Source: a virus (Duplodnaviria > Caudoviricetes). From it: a stretch of DNA of 64,000 bases. A program made the translations under genes and the position numbers. Position 1 is the first letter of the stretch. Every line of letters starts with the position of its first letter. Below, in pieces: positions 63,377 through 64,000 of the stretch. A model generated the notes under the pieces. The model searched no databases. It was not told the origin of the DNA and saw nothing but the letters and a program-made list of their open reading frames with translations. The DNA lies in IMG/VR virus record IMGVR_UViG_3300020371_000002; one strand, 5' to 3'.

Positions 63377-64000
63377 TTAGTAAATCAACTCATTTCCTAG
63401 GACTAAGGCATCAATATCCATAGACATATAAGCCCTTACAGCATCTTCAGGAGTCTCCACAATTGGCATACCATTATCATTAAATGAAGTGTTTAATAGT
63501 ACAGGCACTCCACATAGATTCCACATCTCCTGTAACAACTGAGCGAGAGGTCCATCACTAACTGTCTGCAGTCTACATGTGCCATCCTCATGCGTAATCG
63601 CAGGGATCATACGTCGTCTGTCATGTCTAACAAACTGAGAGAATAACATATATGGGTTATCCACACCCTCTTCAACAAAGTCATCCAGATGATCCCGCAA
63701 AATGACACCAGCAAAAGGTCTCCATGGTTCCCTGTGTTTAACTCGTTCGTTTAAAATCTTTTTATTCTTTGCAGCACAAGGACTCATAAGAATAGATCTA
63801 GATCCCAATGCTCTAGGACCAAACTCCGACCTACCTTGGAACCAGGCAACAATCTTCCCCTGATTCAATAACTCTGCAACTTCTTTGATAGTATCTTCAG
63901 CAACAGGTTCCGTATATTCTTTACCAAGGAAGGCAAGATTATCTGGGACAGTTACATCATCACATCCCCATGCTGCAGCACCATAACTCAATCCACAATC
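63377..64000 (-). CDS. carbamoyltransferase (second copy), C-terminal part; begins beyond the window
   Basis: GRSEFGPRALGSRSIL, VKHREPWRPFA, LLNTSFN..G.PIVETP. Confidence 0.9.
   Translation of the reverse strand, partial: DCGLSYGAAAWGCDDVTVPDNLAFLGKEYTEPVAEDTIKEVAELLNQGKIVAWFQGRSEFGPRALGSRSILMSPCAAKNKKILNERVKHREPWRPFAGVILRDHLDDFVEEGVDNPYMLFSQFVRHDRRRMIPAITHEDGTCRLQTVSDGPLAQLLQEMWNLCGVPVLLNTSFNDNGMPIVETPEDAVRAYMSMDIDALVLGNELIY

Overview
This window is a 64-kb segment of a T4-like marine cyanomyovirus genome, most likely infecting Synechococcus (psbA+psbD, zwf, gnd, petE, ptox, tRNAs reading A-ending codons). Nearly all genes are on the minus strand. From left to right it holds: early genes with host sigma70-type promoters; a DUF262+HNH (GmrSD-like) nuclease; an inverted glycine-rich gp38-like adhesin; a 2260-aa fibre with a Peptidase S74 chaperone; a carbamoyltransferase; a tRNA cluster; the baseplate module (gp5, cp12, hub proteins, gp51, gp26, gp54, gp4, gp2, gp48, gp53); replication and nucleotide genes (gp32, gp59, gp33, exonuclease, phoH, thyX); many small hypothetical and membrane peptides; and a large metabolic island (talC, petE, psbD, psbA, halogenase, two hli, glgP, gnd, zwf, ptox). 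About ten 2OG-Fe(II)/cupin oxygenases are scattered throughout. The most striking signals are non-coding or missed by the ORF track. (1) A circularly permuted two-piece tmRNA gene with an altered tag (ANNIVAFSRTRELATA). (2) Two tandem glutamine-II (Downstream-peptide) riboswitch-like units, each with a whole small ORF nested in the P2 loop, downstream of an NtcA box and upstream of DUF4278 (GifB/IF17-like) peptides. (3) A ~42-nt promoter-to-terminator sRNA resembling the Yfr2 5' end, complementary to the host Yfr1 motif. (4) A full-length glycogen phosphorylase next to zwf/gnd. All assignments come from motif recognition by eye; no searches were run, so novelty claims are untested.
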